58,652 nt of DNA from Desulfovibrionaceae bacterium (GCA_017455745.1 JAFSZE010000015.1:1-58652); one strand, 5' to 3'; shown: positions 10,486 to 21,736, counted from the first letter of the stretch. Translations and numbers: made by a program. Notes: generated by a model not told the origin, from the letters alone.

Positions 10486-11091
10486 ATGCAAGAACACGTT
10501 CAGGTTGAAGCCAGCAAATGTAAGGCTTGCCATCGCTGCGAGATCGCTTGCATCGCTGCCCATCATGACCTCGATTTTAAGACGGCCATGAAGCAGAAAG
10601 ATAAATACGCCCCGCGTGGCTGGGCCATCAAAGGCGATAACTTTAAAACATCCGTGCGTTGTCACGGATGTAATCCAGCACCTTGCTGCAATATTTGCCC
10701 CACAGGTGCTTTGGCGCAGCATAAAGACGGTACTTTTGAGATCCATCTGGAATTGTGCGCTGGCTGCATGATGTGTATGTCGGTTTGCCCCTATGGCTGT
10801 GTTTCTTTTGAAACCGAAGAGCAGCAACATATCTTGGCCTTGGCCGGTCAAAATCTGCCCCCACTGCCCCCAAGACAGATTGCTGTACGCTGCGATCTTT
10901 GTGCTGATTGGCGGGCCGAAAAGGGCGTTGAATACACAGCCTGCATGGAAGCCTGCATGACCCGTGCTTTGACGTATTTAAAGCCTGATGGCCGAATCAT
11001 TGAAGCACCGGCGCCAGCCAAAAAAGAATCCGCTAAACCCAAGGTAGCAGAAAAGCCTGCTGCTGAGGGTGAAAAAAAAAAATCTGAATGA
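10486..11091 (+). CDS. cooF: 4Fe-4S dicluster electron-transfer protein
   Basis: CKACHRCEIAC, CHGC..PCCNICP, CAGCMMCMSVCP, RCDLC; ATG 10486 after GAGGA; ends just after an A11 tract. Confidence 0.85.
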   Translation: MQEHVQVEASKCKACHRCEIACIAAHHDLDFKTAMKQKDKYAPRGWAIKGDNFKTSVRCHGCNPAPCCNICPTGALAQHKDGTFEIHLELCAGCMMCMSVCPYGCVSFETEEQQHILALAGQNLPPLPPRQIAVRCDLCADWRAEKGVEYTACMEACMTRALTYLKPDGRIIEAPAPAKKESAKPKVAEKPAAEGEKKKSE

Positions 11092-11608
11092 AAGCCAAGA
11101 ACCCATAAAAAAAGAGGCTCCTAGCGAAGCTCAGGCTCCTAAAGAAGAGCAAGTTGCCAAAGAAGAGCAAGCCAAGACTGATTCTGCGCCTAAAGAGCCA
11201 GAAGAGGTTCAAACTAAGCCTGCTGAACCTGCTAAGACTGAGGAAGTTAAGGCTGAGGCTGCTACGGTTGAACCTGTTGCGGCTGAGGCGGCTAAGACTG
11301 AAGTCAAGGTTGAGGCAGTCAAAGCAGAAGAAGTTAAGGCTGAAGAAGTTAAGGCTGCGGCTCAAGTTTCTGAGGCTAAGGTTGAAGAAGCTAAGGTTGA
11401 AGAAGCTAAGGCAGAGGCAGCTGAGGCTGAAGAAGTCAAAGAAGAAGTTAAGGAACAAGCCTCAGATGATGTGGCTGAAGCTCAAGCTGCAAGTTCCGAT
11501 GCTTCTGCCAAACAAAATGTTCAGGTTAGAAATGATCATGGACGTGATGAAAATCGCGGTGGCAAGAAGCATAAATCCAAGAAGAAAAACAGATTCAGCC
11601 ATATCTAA
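11069..11608 (+). CDS. Low-complexity A/E/K-rich ORF with basic C-terminus; probable +1-frame continuation of cooF
   Basis: Codon style like the operon; overlaps the cooF end at the A11 run and lies upstream of the operon terminator. Confidence 0.55.
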   Translation: MKKKNLNESQEPIKKEAPSEAQAPKEEQVAKEEQAKTDSAPKEPEEVQTKPAEPAKTEEVKAEAATVEPVAAEAAKTEVKVEAVKAEEVKAEEVKAAAQVSEAKVEEAKVEEAKAEAAEAEEVKEEVKEQASDDVAEAQAASSDASAKQNVQVRNDHGRDENRGGKKHKSKKKNRFSHI

Positions 11609-11769
11609 TTTGCGCAAAAAGATCTTTGACTATAAAGAACTTTGAATGCAACCAGCGTTTGGGATAGAGAGCTTCTTAAGTCGGGTTTGAAAAATGTGCT
11701 AATTCGGATTTGAATAGTGATTAATTTTTTTGCTATTATAGATTTAGCTAACGTTTAGCGTGATTTATT

Positions 11770-11807
11770 AAGATGCCTGGGAGTTTTAATTCTCAGGCAT
11801 CTTTTTT
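11770..11807 (+). terminator. Intrinsic terminator of the coo operon
   Basis: aagatgcctgggag / ttctcaggcatctt stem followed by a T run. Confidence 0.8.
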
Positions 11808-11964
11808 GGGAAGAGATTTATTTTTGGAGATAGATTTATTTTTTGGAGATAGATTTGGAGTTGGTTTTAGATTTGGTTTTAGATTTGAGATTGTTGGATA
11901 GAGGATTTGGGATAAGAGTGATTATGATCGTTTATGATTATTCTGGATTAGTTTGTATTGTTTC

Positions 11965-12125
11965 GTATTGTTTAAGATTATTTAAGGTTGTTTTGAATCG
12001 TTGGTAATTGTTTTTAGATTGTTTAAGATTATTTAAGATTGTTTTGAATCGTTGGTAATTGTTTTTAGATTGTTTAAGATTGTTTTGAATCGTTGTAATT
12101 ACTTTTTGGATTGTTTAAAATTATC
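11965..12125 (+). repeat. About three imperfect 40-51-bp tandem units (ttgttttgaatcgttggtaattgtttttagattgtttaaga)
   Basis: Directly visible. Confidence 0.8.
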
Positions 12126-12743
12126 CCTGATAGTTTTGGATTATTTAAGATGATGTATTATAGAGTAAGATTTAATATTATTTTTTGTGATAATATGTTG
12201 TAGCGTAAGATAAAAATATGGATGAGATATGTTTTCTGTGGTGTATACTGAAGGATGTGAAGATTGTAAGATATTACATTTCTCCCATATTTTTGGAACA
12301 TAGTTATACGAGTATCTCTGTATATCTTATGCATACATGGAGATTTGTTCCAATATTATGATGGAAATGTATTATAGGGAAATGAAGATGTTAAGGCTAT
12401 ATTGACTTAAGATGCTAAGATGTAGATAAATGAAGATGCGAAGATTAGGTCGGGTTAATATACTAATGTATGTAAGAGAATAAAATGATAAAATTGTAAA
12501 AAATGTAAAAGACTAAAATATTAAGATTAAGATTAATGTATAGAGATGAAAAGGTTTTTAAAATATAGTAAGAGTGTAATGAAATGTCATGATGTTTGTT
12601 TAATTACAAATTAAACGCTGCTAATTTTTTTAATGTGCATTATTTTTATCTTTGCTAAAAGTGTTGATTCTTTTAAACTAACAAGATAATTTTGTGAAAA
12701 GCATTTTTTGCTGCAAATTTTGTCTAATAGCGGAAGAAAATTC

Positions 12744-14042
12744 ATGGAACAATTGCCAGTTTGGGTTTTAAGTTTGGGCTGTCCCAAAAATACTGTTGAT
12801 ACCGAGCATTTTTTGGGTACGTTGGGCCTAGATATTGTAACGGTTAGCGAATTAGCGGATGCTAAGCTTGTTTTTATTAACACGTGTGGATTTATAGAAT
12901 CAGCTGTTCGCGAATCGGTTAGGGCCATTTTAGAGGTCGTGGATGAGATTAAGGAGTTGCCAAATAAACCCCTAGTTGTGGTGGGTGGATGTCTAGTTGG
13001 TCGCTATGGGGCTAAGGAATTGGCAGCTGAGATTCCTGAGGTTGATCTCTTTTTAGCCACATCTGATCTTGATCGTTGGCCAGAGTATGTCCGCAAGCTT
13101 ATAGGGTGTGATCTAAGTCAAACGCCCAAGGTTGGACGTCTATTATCAACTCCACCTTCTTATGCCTGGCTTAAAATTGCTGAAGGTTGCAGGCATAATT
13201 GTGCTTTTTGTTCCATTCCCATGATTCGTGGAACACTTAAAAGTGTTTCATCATCTCAAATAGTTGGTGAAGCTAAAGAGCTTTTGGATCATGGTGTTAA
13301 GGAATTAATCTGTGTGGCTCAAGATGTGGCTAGTTGGGGACAGGATAAGGGTGAATCTTTACAAGATCTTATTCGGGAACTTGTACGATTGCCTAATCTT
13401 TTGTGGTTACGTTTACTTTATCTCTACCCTGCTGGACTAACGCCTGATTTTTTGCAATTTATGGCGGATAACTTGTTTCCGCTTCTACCTTATTTTGATA
13501 TCCCTATTCAGCACAGTCATCCCCAAATTTTAGAGCGTATGGGACGCCCCTTTGCCAGAGATCCTAGATATGTGCTTGATTTGGTGAGGAAGTATTTGCC
13601 CAAGGCTATTTTTCGCACGACAGTGATTGTGGGTTTTCCTGGAGAAACCGAGGAGCATTTTCGGCATTTGTTGCGCTTTGTGGAAGAAGGTTACTTTTTG
13701 CATTTAGGTGTTTTTAGTTATGAGCGCGAGGAAGGCACAAAAGCTTATGATTATAAAGACCAAGTGCCAAAAGATTTGGCCGATGAGCGCAGACAGATCC
13801 TTTTAGAAGCCCAGAGATGTGTAAGTTCTGATTTGTTGGAAGAGTATGTGGGCCAAAAATATGATGTACTCATAGATAGCGTTAATCCTGAATGGCCAGG
13901 TTTATTTAATGGACGTGTGTGGTTTCAGGCACCAGAAGTTGATGGACAAACTTATATTAGTGGTGATGGTATTCAGGTTGGCTCATGTGTTAATGCGGAG
14001 ATTGTTGAAAGTAGTGATTATGATTTGACAGCTTTGCTTTAG
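12744..14042 (+). CDS. rimO: Ribosomal protein S12 methylthiotransferase
   Basis: SLGCPKNTVD, INTCGFI, radical SAM EGCRHNCAFC, C-terminal APEVDG/TRAM. Confidence 0.92.
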   Translation: MEQLPVWVLSLGCPKNTVDTEHFLGTLGLDIVTVSELADAKLVFINTCGFIESAVRESVRAILEVVDEIKELPNKPLVVVGGCLVGRYGAKELAAEIPEVDLFLATSDLDRWPEYVRKLIGCDLSQTPKVGRLLSTPPSYAWLKIAEGCRHNCAFCSIPMIRGTLKSVSSSQIVGEAKELLDHGVKELICVAQDVASWGQDKGESLQDLIRELVRLPNLLWLRLLYLYPAGLTPDFLQFMADNLFPLLPYFDIPIQHSHPQILERMGRPFARDPRYVLDLVRKYLPKAIFRTTVIVGFPGETEEHFRHLLRFVEEGYFLHLGVFSYEREEGTKAYDYKDQVPKDLADERRQILLEAQRCVSSDLLEEYVGQKYDVLIDSVNPEWPGLFNGRVWFQAPEVDGQTYISGDGIQVGSCVNAEIVESSDYDLTALL

Positions 14043-14062
14043 AGATATGGGAATTTTAAAGT

Positions 14063-14128
14063 TTAAACGTTAAACGTTGAACATTGAACATTGAACGTTG
14101 AACATTGAAATTCAAAATTTGAAATTTG
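14063..14128 (+). repeat. 7-bp microsatellite (ttgaaca/ttgaacg)
   Basis: Directly visible. Confidence 0.75.
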
Positions 14129-14282
14129 TAAGTTTATATAGTCTTGTTTTGATTTATGTTTTTAATTTATTATCATGTATTTTGATTTTTTATACCTTAA
14201 AGCATTTTTCTGTATGAAGAGTGATGAAAATGAAAGCTATAAAAATAAAACTGTAAAGAAAATAGGAAAAGTAGAATTAAAA

Positions 14283-14319
14283 ATAAAAAGACTTAGGCCA
14301 TATTAATAGCCTAAGTCTT
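14283..14319. terminator. Hairpin between convergent rimO and epimerase genes
   Basis: aagacttaggc / gcctaagtctt perfect 11-bp stem; A-run on the left gives a U tail on the minus strand. Confidence 0.6.
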
Positions 14320-15136
14320 CGATCGATTGTGTGGAAGATTATTCAAGGAAGATATTTTTAAGGTTATTAAAGTACTTAGAGTAATTTGCTAAGAATAGAT
14401 TGTGTTAATCTAATCTAGCTAAGTTTAGTTTAGTTGATAATCGGCAAAATGTTGATATTGTCTAGACTGTAAACAACTAAAATTACTAAAATTGCTAAAA
14501 AACTAATGTTATTGAGGTTACAAAGGTAATCTTATGTAATTGAGATTGCTTTTATGACAGTAGATAATTTTTTGAAATATATTGCTGAATATTAGGTGTG
14601 CTTTCGAATAATTTGGGATACTTTCTTATAGTCTGGTATGGTGGTTGTAGTTAGCAGTCAATAATCTCATCAGAATATGGTTTATTTGAATACATCTTAT
14701 TGTAACATACTTAAGCCAACAAAGATCTATAAAACAGTATGGTTAACAAGTTGTGTCTAAAGATAAAGCAAAGATTCTTTATTCAAAAAAATTTTAACAA
14801 TATAGTCTGCTCTAATTTGTCTTTAAGCACAACATAAATTAATCTTATAGATTTTGTTAGTTCAAGCTTTTTGTTTATAAATTATTAATCGTGTGTGAAG
14901 ATGATTGTCTTATCAAAATGGTTATATTTTTATCAACACATAGCATAACACGATATTCCATAACATTCCGCAATATCAAAATCTGTGCGATTTCATTATA
15001 AAGCTAGATCAAAAAGCCTAGTTTACGCACATAATTCCATATCACTATTATGTGATATTATGCAAAATAATATAGCTTAACCTAAGCTGTATGTTTGCTA
15101 GACATTTATTTTGCAAATCTTTTTTTTATGGTTGGA

Positions 15137-16159
15137 TTATAAATTTTTAGCGTACCAATCACCAGCCAAACGCAGACCTTCGCGTACATTATATTTTGGA
15201 TTATAGCCTAAAAGTGTTTTTGCACGTGTAATATCAGCTAAGGAGTGGCGTACATCACCAGCCCTAAAGTCGCGATAGGTGGGTTCCAAATTGGCACAAT
15301 CCGGGTTATGTCTTTTGACTTCATCACGGATAGCGACAAATAATTCATTTAGGGTAATTCTTTCACCAAAGGCCACGTTATAGACTTTATTGCGGGCTTC
15401 TTCTTGGGCTAGAGAAGCTAAGAGGTTTGCTTGGACTACATTGTCGATGTAGCAGAAGTCGCGTGTTGTTTCGCCATCGCCATTGATGTAGACAGTTGAT
15501 TTTTTGAGCATACTAGCAAACCACTGGGGGATAACGGCAGCGTAAGCACCAAAGGGATCCTGGCGTTGGCCAAAAACATTGAAATAGCGCAAGCCAATTG
15601 TTGTAAAATTATAGCAACGTGACCAAACATCAGCGTATAGTTCATTGACATATTTGGTTACGGCATAAGGGGATAGAGGATGTCCGATATGGTCTTCAAC
15701 TTTTGGCAGATCGGTTGAGTCTCCATAGGTTGAAGAGGAAGCGGCATAGACGAAGCTTTTGACATGAGCATCTTTAGCCGCCACTAACATATTTACGAAG
15801 CCATCAATGTTGCAGCTATTGGCTAGAGTTGGGTCATCAATGGACCTAGGCACAGAACCAAGTGCAGCCTCATGGAGGATATGATCAACTCCTTGGCAGG
15901 CTTTGTGGCAGGTTGGAAGATCTCTTATGTCACCTTTGATGAAGGTAAAATTTTTAAAGGTTTCTTGGCCAACGATACCTTCAACCATATCTAAGTTTTT
16001 TTGGTAACCGGTCAAAAAATTATCCAAGCCAGTCACTTTTTGGCCTAGTTTTAGCAAAGCTTCTAAGAGGTTAGACCCGATAAATCCGGCTACACCAGTT
16101 ACGAGCCAATGTCTTGGATTTTCTTTTAGAGTTGTGCAAAGATCTGTATATTTAGACAT
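15137..16159 (-). CDS. NAD-dependent UDP-N-acetylhexosamine 4-epimerase (WbpP/TviC-like)
   Basis: [33 protein letters not shown]. Confidence 0.88.
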   Translation of the reverse strand: MSKYTDLCTTLKENPRHWLVTGVAGFIGSNLLEALLKLGQKVTGLDNFLTGYQKNLDMVEGIVGQETFKNFTFIKGDIRDLPTCHKACQGVDHILHEAALGSVPRSIDDPTLANSCNIDGFVNMLVAAKDAHVKSFVYAASSSTYGDSTDLPKVEDHIGHPLSPYAVTKYVNELYADVWSRCYNFTTIGLRYFNVFGQRQDPFGAYAAVIPQWFASMLKKSTVYINGDGETTRDFCYIDNVVQANLLASLAQEEARNKVYNVAFGERITLNELFVAIRDEVKRHNPDCANLEPTYRDFRAGDVRHSLADITRAKTLLGYNPKYNVREGLRLAGDWYAKNL

Positions 16160-17136
16160 AGAGCGAACCTCGAGATAAATGTGCTTTAGTTAGAATTTAG
16201 AAGCAGGAACTTTAGTTGCCAAGATGCTTTTGCAACTGGCATTATTAAAGCTATGTCTGACGTTTCTATAATATAATCATGAGTATTATTTGTCAACTAA
16301 GTGATAAAGAGGATGAAATTTAGGGTTATGGCAGTGAGTTGGTTATGCCATTAGGTTAAATTATATGAAGCTAGATGTGGTGTGGCAAGATTTCTGTAGA
16401 AGATTTTTTTCTGTAAATTTGAGCTAATATTTTTTTCTTGTATATTGTGTTCTAAAATACTATCAATACTAATTAACATTTATGCTCATATTGATATTCA
16501 TATCAATACTAATGTTTATGTTTATGTTTATCAATAAAGTTAATATAAAAATTAAAATCAATACTAGTCTAGACTTAACTGACTAAATAAATAACTAAAT
16601 AAATGATTTAGCGGTATAGGCTTACAAAGCTCTTTAGATAAGGTACTTATGTTAATATGGATTGTGTGAAAATAGTGTATTTTGGGTGCTTAAAATTTTT
16701 AAAATGATTCATTTAGTCTATTGTTTGATATACAGCATCAAACTAAAGCCAAAATTAATGATAATAGCAAAAAATATCAAGATAATATAAAAAACTATAA
16801 ATGACAATAAAACAAAGATGGAAATAAAAATGGTGTAGTGTAATCTATAACGATTAAGAATAATAAATAGTATAGATACTAATATAGATCCAAATAAAGG
16901 CATAGATAAAGATGAAAATTGCACATTTTTTTAATCATGAATTAACTTCGTATAATGGATAGTTTTTTTGTACAACATTATTTTTTGCAAATATTGCATA
17001 ATCAGTACTTCATTGTTTTTTCAATATTATACAACAAATGATTTTACTATTTTTTTAAGCATTACGCAGTCAATGTTTTTATTATCTTTTTTTAAATAAT
17101 CATTATAGTTAAAAAATATCCACAGGGACAAACCAT

Positions 17137-18969
17137 ATGGATAATATAATATTAGGAACAGGCTCAGAAAATTTTCAAGAGCATATGGAAAATAATTTTT
17201 ATTATGTAGATAAGACTTTTTATTTGCAAAAAATCTTCATGGGCGATAATCAATCGAAGGCTCCGCTTTTTATAAGACCAAGACGTTTTGGTAAAACACT
17301 AAACATGAGTATGATAAGATCTTTTTGCCAGCTAAATTATCAAAATCCAGGTGATAAAAGCTATCAAGAACAGATCTTTCTTGATAATGGACGCAATTTG
17401 GCCATATCTGGTCAAGAGTATAAAGATCTTAGAGCCAAATTTATGGGTGAGTATCCTGTTATATCTGTATCTTTTAAGGGTATTGAAGCTAGATCATATA
17501 CAAATGCACTACGAACATTCCTTTTAACAATTTCTGACCTTTATCGTAACTTTATCTTTCTCGAAGATAGTACTAAAATAAATACATATGATCGAAAAAC
17601 TTTTTCTAGTTATCTTGATTTTTGTAATCATGTATTTCTAGACTTGAAAGATGATAATGTTTTATCAACAGCTGAGTATATAATTTGGAATTTTATTCCT
17701 TTTCTTGGTACAATGTTGCACCAAGAATTTAATCGTAAAGTATTAATAATCATTGATGAATATGATGTTCCTTTGCAAAAAGCTGTGGTTGCCGAGGAGC
17801 CTTATTATGATAAAATGCTTGAAAATATCAAACAAATTAGTATTAGAACGTTTAAGGAAAATTCGCATCCATGGCTTTTTAAAGGAATTGTAACTGGATG
17901 TCTTAAAATCGCCCATCAAAGCATTTTTACAGGTGCTAATAATTTTGTAACAAATGGCATGGATACAGATCAATATGCAGATTTTTTTGGTTTTACGCTA
18001 ACCGAGACAAAAAAACTTTTGGAAGATGTAGATCTTGCAGATCAAGAGAGTATAGTTAAAGAGTGGTATGATGGTTATCGTATTGGTAATCAGCATTTAT
18101 TTTGTCCATGGAGCCTGTTACAGTTTGTAAACTATGCTAGAAACAATAAGGATAATATCTCGCCAAGACCTTACTGGATTAATACATCTGGAAATGATGT
18201 TATAGAGTTATATCTTAAGCGTTCTATGAATAATAATTTTAGTGAAGATATTAACAAAATTGAATTACTATTAAATAATATACCACAAAAAATTATCCTT
18301 AAAGAATTTACAACATACCCAGATATTAGAAATAAAGGTGTAACATTTGATATATTTATGACATTACTTCTCCAGACTGGTTATTTGACATTTACAGATG
18401 ATTCGCCATTCATCGGTCAAATATCGGTTAGAATTCCAAATTTTGAAATTTATACTTGTTTTGAAGAGAAAATAAAAGGGTTATACGATACATCTGATGA
18501 TACATGGCTAGAGAAAGCTAGGAAGCTTATCAAATATTTAATGATAAATAACACTAAAGAGATAAAACTGATTATTGATGATTTTTTAGGAAAATTTATT
18601 TCTTTTAGAAATACTGGGTATGAGTCGTTTTATCATGGTTTTATTCATGGACTATTGTGCATAGTTGCTTCAGAGAAATCAATTAGAGCAAATCATGACA
18701 AAGAATCTGGAGATGGATTTGCAGATATAACTCTTGATAATCCAAGATCAAATACTGCTGTAATTATAGAGTTTAAAAAAACTGAAAATGATAATTCTAA
18801 ACGAACGGCTGGGGCCCATGTGGCTGCAAAGCAAATCATTGATAGAAAATATGCCAATGAATTCATTCAGATGCAGTATACAAATATATATGGTCTTGGT
18901 ATAGGAGTTGGTGGAAAACATTGTGCTATTGAACCATTAGGGAATCTTGCTAAAATGAATAGTCATTAA
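17137..18969 (+). CDS. AAA-ATPase-like protein with C-terminal PD-(D/E)XK nuclease domain
   Basis: YYVDKT, RPRRFGKT (Walker A), IIIDEYD (Walker B), ESGDGFADI...IIEFK; very AT-rich. Confidence 0.85.
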   Translation: MDNIILGTGSENFQEHMENNFYYVDKTFYLQKIFMGDNQSKAPLFIRPRRFGKTLNMSMIRSFCQLNYQNPGDKSYQEQIFLDNGRNLAISGQEYKDLRAKFMGEYPVISVSFKGIEARSYTNALRTFLLTISDLYRNFIFLEDSTKINTYDRKTFSSYLDFCNHVFLDLKDDNVLSTAEYIIWNFIPFLGTMLHQEFNRKVLIIIDEYDVPLQKAVVAEEPYYDKMLENIKQISIRTFKENSHPWLFKGIVTGCLKIAHQSIFTGANNFVTNGMDTDQYADFFGFTLTETKKLLEDVDLADQESIVKEWYDGYRIGNQHLFCPWSLLQFVNYARNNKDNISPRPYWINTSGNDVIELYLKRSMNNNFSEDINKIELLLNNIPQKIILKEFTTYPDIRNKGVTFDIFMTLLLQTGYLTFTDDSPFIGQISVRIPNFEIYTCFEEKIKGLYDTSDDTWLEKARKLIKYLMINNTKEIKLIIDDFLGKFISFRNTGYESFYHGFIHGLLCIVASEKSIRANHDKESGDGFADITLDNPRSNTAVIIEFKKTENDNSKRTAGAHVAAKQIIDRKYANEFIQMQYTNIYGLGIGVGGKHCAIEPLGNLAKMNSH

Positions 18970-19233
18970 TATTGTGCTATAAGTCTTCTTTTCTTAAATT
19001 AGCTATAGTCTAAATGTATTCTGAGTGAAAATGATACTTTTGCGAAGTAATAGTACATACGTTTTATCAAACAATCTTAATTCATTTTTTATATTCTAAA
19101 TAAAGAATCGCATTAAGAAAGTATATAAATGGAGGCTGCTAACCAAGTAGAATATTTTATTCATGCTGTTAAAATTATTATATTATAAGAAGCTTTTAGT
19201 ATAAAATATTTTTTTTGGTTAGCGCATATTAAT

Positions 19234-20364
19234 ATGAAAATTCTGATTATTGGCAATCAAGCACGCTCTGTAGCTAATTTTTGGACAGTACTGATGCATG
19301 CTTTAAAGCAAGCAAACCATGAGGTTGTTTGTTGCATACCTCATGGCACAACTGAGGAAGAAGAAAGGCTCAAAGGATGTGCCGATAAGCTTAGGTTTTA
19401 TTTTATTAGTCGAAAAAGTCTAAATCCACTCAATGATATCAAAACTTATCTTGAGTTATATCATATCTTTCAAGGGGAAAAGCCAGATATCGTTTTTAGC
19501 ACAACTATCAAGCCTGTGATCTATGGTGCCTTAGCAGCAAGATTCTTTCCTAAAATTAAGTATTACGCCACCATCACAGGACTTGGGTTTGCCTTTGAGA
19601 AAGATACGCTCTTAAAACGGATTTTAAACTTTTTGGTAGTTGGTCTGTATCGCGTGGCCTTAAAGAGGGCTCAAGGCATTTTCTTCCAAAATAGGGATGA
19701 TTTAGCTGTTTTTAGGGAAAATAAGATTTTGGATCCTAAGGTATCGGTCTTTATGGCCAAAGGTACAGGTGTTGATACCAGTCATTTTGCCCTAAAGCCA
19801 TTACCGGCTATATCTTCTAAGCAGCCCCTAGTTTTTTTGTTTGTGGGGCGATTGTTGGAGGCTAAGGGTTTATTTGAATTGGCCAAAGCAAGTCAGTATC
19901 TGAGGGAAAAAAATTTGCCTTTTAAGTTGCAGATTTTGGGGCCCCAAGAAGATGGTTTGGGCGGAGTAGCTTTAGAACAGATTAGGAAATGGGAGAGTCT
20001 TAATTTACTTGAGTATTTGGGCTCAACCAATGATGTTGCCAGCTATTTAGCCAATTGTCATGTTTTAGTTTTGCCTTCCTGGCGTGAGGGACTGCCTACA
20101 GCAGCTATGGAAGCCATGAGTTGTGGTAGAATGTGTCTTTTGACCGATGTGCCTGGTTGCCGTGAGGTTGTTCAAAAGGGTCTAAATGGTCTTTTAGTAC
20201 CAGCTAAAGATCCAAAAGCTTTAAGTTTGGCCATGGAAGATTGCATTTTGCATCCGGAGATGGTTGCTAAAATGGGTGAGGCGGCTGGAAAACTTGCGCG
20301 GGAAGAATTTGATGCGCAGATTGTCGCTAAAAAAATTATGACCGATATGAAGATGGAAAGTTAG
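19234..20364 (+). CDS. Glycosyltransferase family 4
   Basis: FVGRLLEAKG, LPSWREGLP..AMEAM, TDVPGC. Confidence 0.9.
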   Translation: MKILIIGNQARSVANFWTVLMHALKQANHEVVCCIPHGTTEEEERLKGCADKLRFYFISRKSLNPLNDIKTYLELYHIFQGEKPDIVFSTTIKPVIYGALAARFFPKIKYYATITGLGFAFEKDTLLKRILNFLVVGLYRVALKRAQGIFFQNRDDLAVFRENKILDPKVSVFMAKGTGVDTSHFALKPLPAISSKQPLVFLFVGRLLEAKGLFELAKASQYLREKNLPFKLQILGPQEDGLGGVALEQIRKWESLNLLEYLGSTNDVASYLANCHVLVLPSWREGLPTAAMEAMSCGRMCLLTDVPGCREVVQKGLNGLLVPAKDPKALSLAMEDCILHPEMVAKMGEAAGKLAREEFDAQIVAKKIMTDMKMES

Positions 20365-20386
20365 CCGTGTTTTCAAGGAGTTTGGC

Positions 20387-21736
20387 ATGATAAGCACCTA
20401 CCGCCGAGCGCTCTTACAGACATTAGATGGGATTTGTCTGATTTTAGCACTCACCTTGACGGAATTTATCACCATTGCCGATGATTTAAATGTCTTTTTA
20501 GACTACACCGGCGCATCGATGTTTACGGTCTTCTTTTATCTTTTCTTTTTCTACATCATTGATGCCTACAAGGTTGGCTTTGAAGATTTCAAGGAGACCA
20601 TGGGGCGATTATTGGTGGCCTGTGTCTTAGGAATTTTATCGAGCAGTGTGGCTTCTTATGCCTTTGATCACTGGCGGTTTGATCGGATAACCTTATGTTG
20701 TTTGTTTGGGTTATCGTTCTTATTTTGTCTTGGTTGGCGTTTCTTCTACTTCCGCAATGCGGACAAGCTAACCCATCCGTTGAGAATTCTTTTGGTTGGC
20801 GTTGATCGAGCCGGAAAGGTTAGACAGCTTTTAAGTGAAGGTTTGCCTCAAGCCAAAATTTTGGGCTATGTGGGCGAACCTGGTCAAGGTACTGAATCAG
20901 GGCCTTGTCTTGGAGCTCCATTTGATGCCTTGCAGATTGCTGAAAAAGAACACGCTACCATGATTGTTCTTTTGCCAGACGCGCCCATTGATGATGAAAT
21001 TGCCCATGAGTTATTGATGGCAAAGCTTAGTGGCCGCATGGTTGTGGATATTCGGTCGTTTTATGAGCATGTGGTTAAAAGATTGCCTTTATCTCAAATC
21101 ACTGAAGAGTGGTTGTTATTAGCCGAAGGTTTCACTTTAAATACCAGAGGATCATTGCGCAGATTAAAGCGAGCCTTTGATGTGTTTTGTTCGCTTTTGC
21201 TCTTGATTTTGACCTCACCTATCATGTTGCTAACAGCCATCATTATTCGTTTGGAATCCCCAGGCCCAGTTATTTACAGGCAAGATCGGGTTGGACTTCA
21301 TGAAAAGGAGTTTACGGTCTATAAATTTCGTTCCATGCGCAATGATGCCGAGAAGAATGGAGCTGTTTGGGCCTGTGCCAATGATAGTCGAGTGACTAGA
21401 TTTGGTAAGTTTATTCGTAAAGTTAGAATTGATGAATTGCCTCAGGTCTGGAATATCCTCAAAGGTGATATGAGTTTTATTGGACCACGTCCTGAAAGAA
21501 TGGCTTTTGTCCAGAAGTTAAAAGAAGATATCCCTTACTATAGTATGCGCCATACCGTAAAGCCTGGTTTAACTGGTTGGGCTCAAGTTTGTTATCCCTA
21601 TGGGGCCAATGAAGAAGATGCTAGGTTTAAGCTTGAGTATGATCTCTACTATATCAAAAATATGTCTTTGCTCTTGGATATTCACATTATCTTTAAAACA
21701 GTAGGTGTGGTTCTCTTTCCTAAAGGTGCTAGGTAG
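20387..21736 (+). CDS. Polyprenyl glycosylphosphotransferase (initiating sugar transferase)
   Basis: N-terminal TM segments; KRAFD, KFRSM, RIDELPQ, GPRPE, KPGLTGWAQ. Confidence 0.92.
   Translation: MISTYRRALLQTLDGICLILALTLTEFITIADDLNVFLDYTGASMFTVFFYLFFFYIIDAYKVGFEDFKETMGRLLVACVLGILSSSVASYAFDHWRFDRITLCCLFGLSFLFCLGWRFFYFRNADKLTHPLRILLVGVDRAGKVRQLLSEGLPQAKILGYVGEPGQGTESGPCLGAPFDALQIAEKEHATMIVLLPDAPIDDEIAHELLMAKLSGRMVVDIRSFYEHVVKRLPLSQITEEWLLLAEGFTLNTRGSLRRLKRAFDVFCSLLLLILTSPIMLLTAIIIRLESPGPVIYRQDRVGLHEKEFTVYKFRSMRNDAEKNGAVWACANDSRVTRFGKFIRKVRIDELPQVWNILKGDMSFIGPRPERMAFVQKLKEDIPYYSMRHTVKPGLTGWAQVCYPYGANEEDARFKLEYDLYYIKNMSLLLDIHIIFKTVGVVLFPKGAR

Noticed and set aside
2723-11091. Coo hydrogenase without a CO dehydrogenase gene or maturation protease
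   Set aside because: The cooMKLXUH-hypA-cooF order is the known Desulfovibrio arrangement, and CooH lacks a cleavable C-terminal extension, so this is expected
11033-11645. Overlapping ORFs 11154..11645 (+, L/R/K-rich) and 11033..11458 (-, F/L/S-rich)
   Set aside because: Shadow frames of the repetitive gct/gaa/aag codons of 11069..11608
15043-15068. dif-like string ...ttatgtgatattatgcaaaat
   Set aside because: XerC arm does not fit and the context is very AT-rich
16718-16924. 68-aa hydrophobic ORF resembling a membrane toxin
   Set aside because: Arises from A-rich low-complexity sequence, non-ATG start, no RBS
16942-16975. loxP/XerC-like half site taacttcgtataatg
   Set aside because: No matching second arm; more simply chance or a TATAAT -10 box
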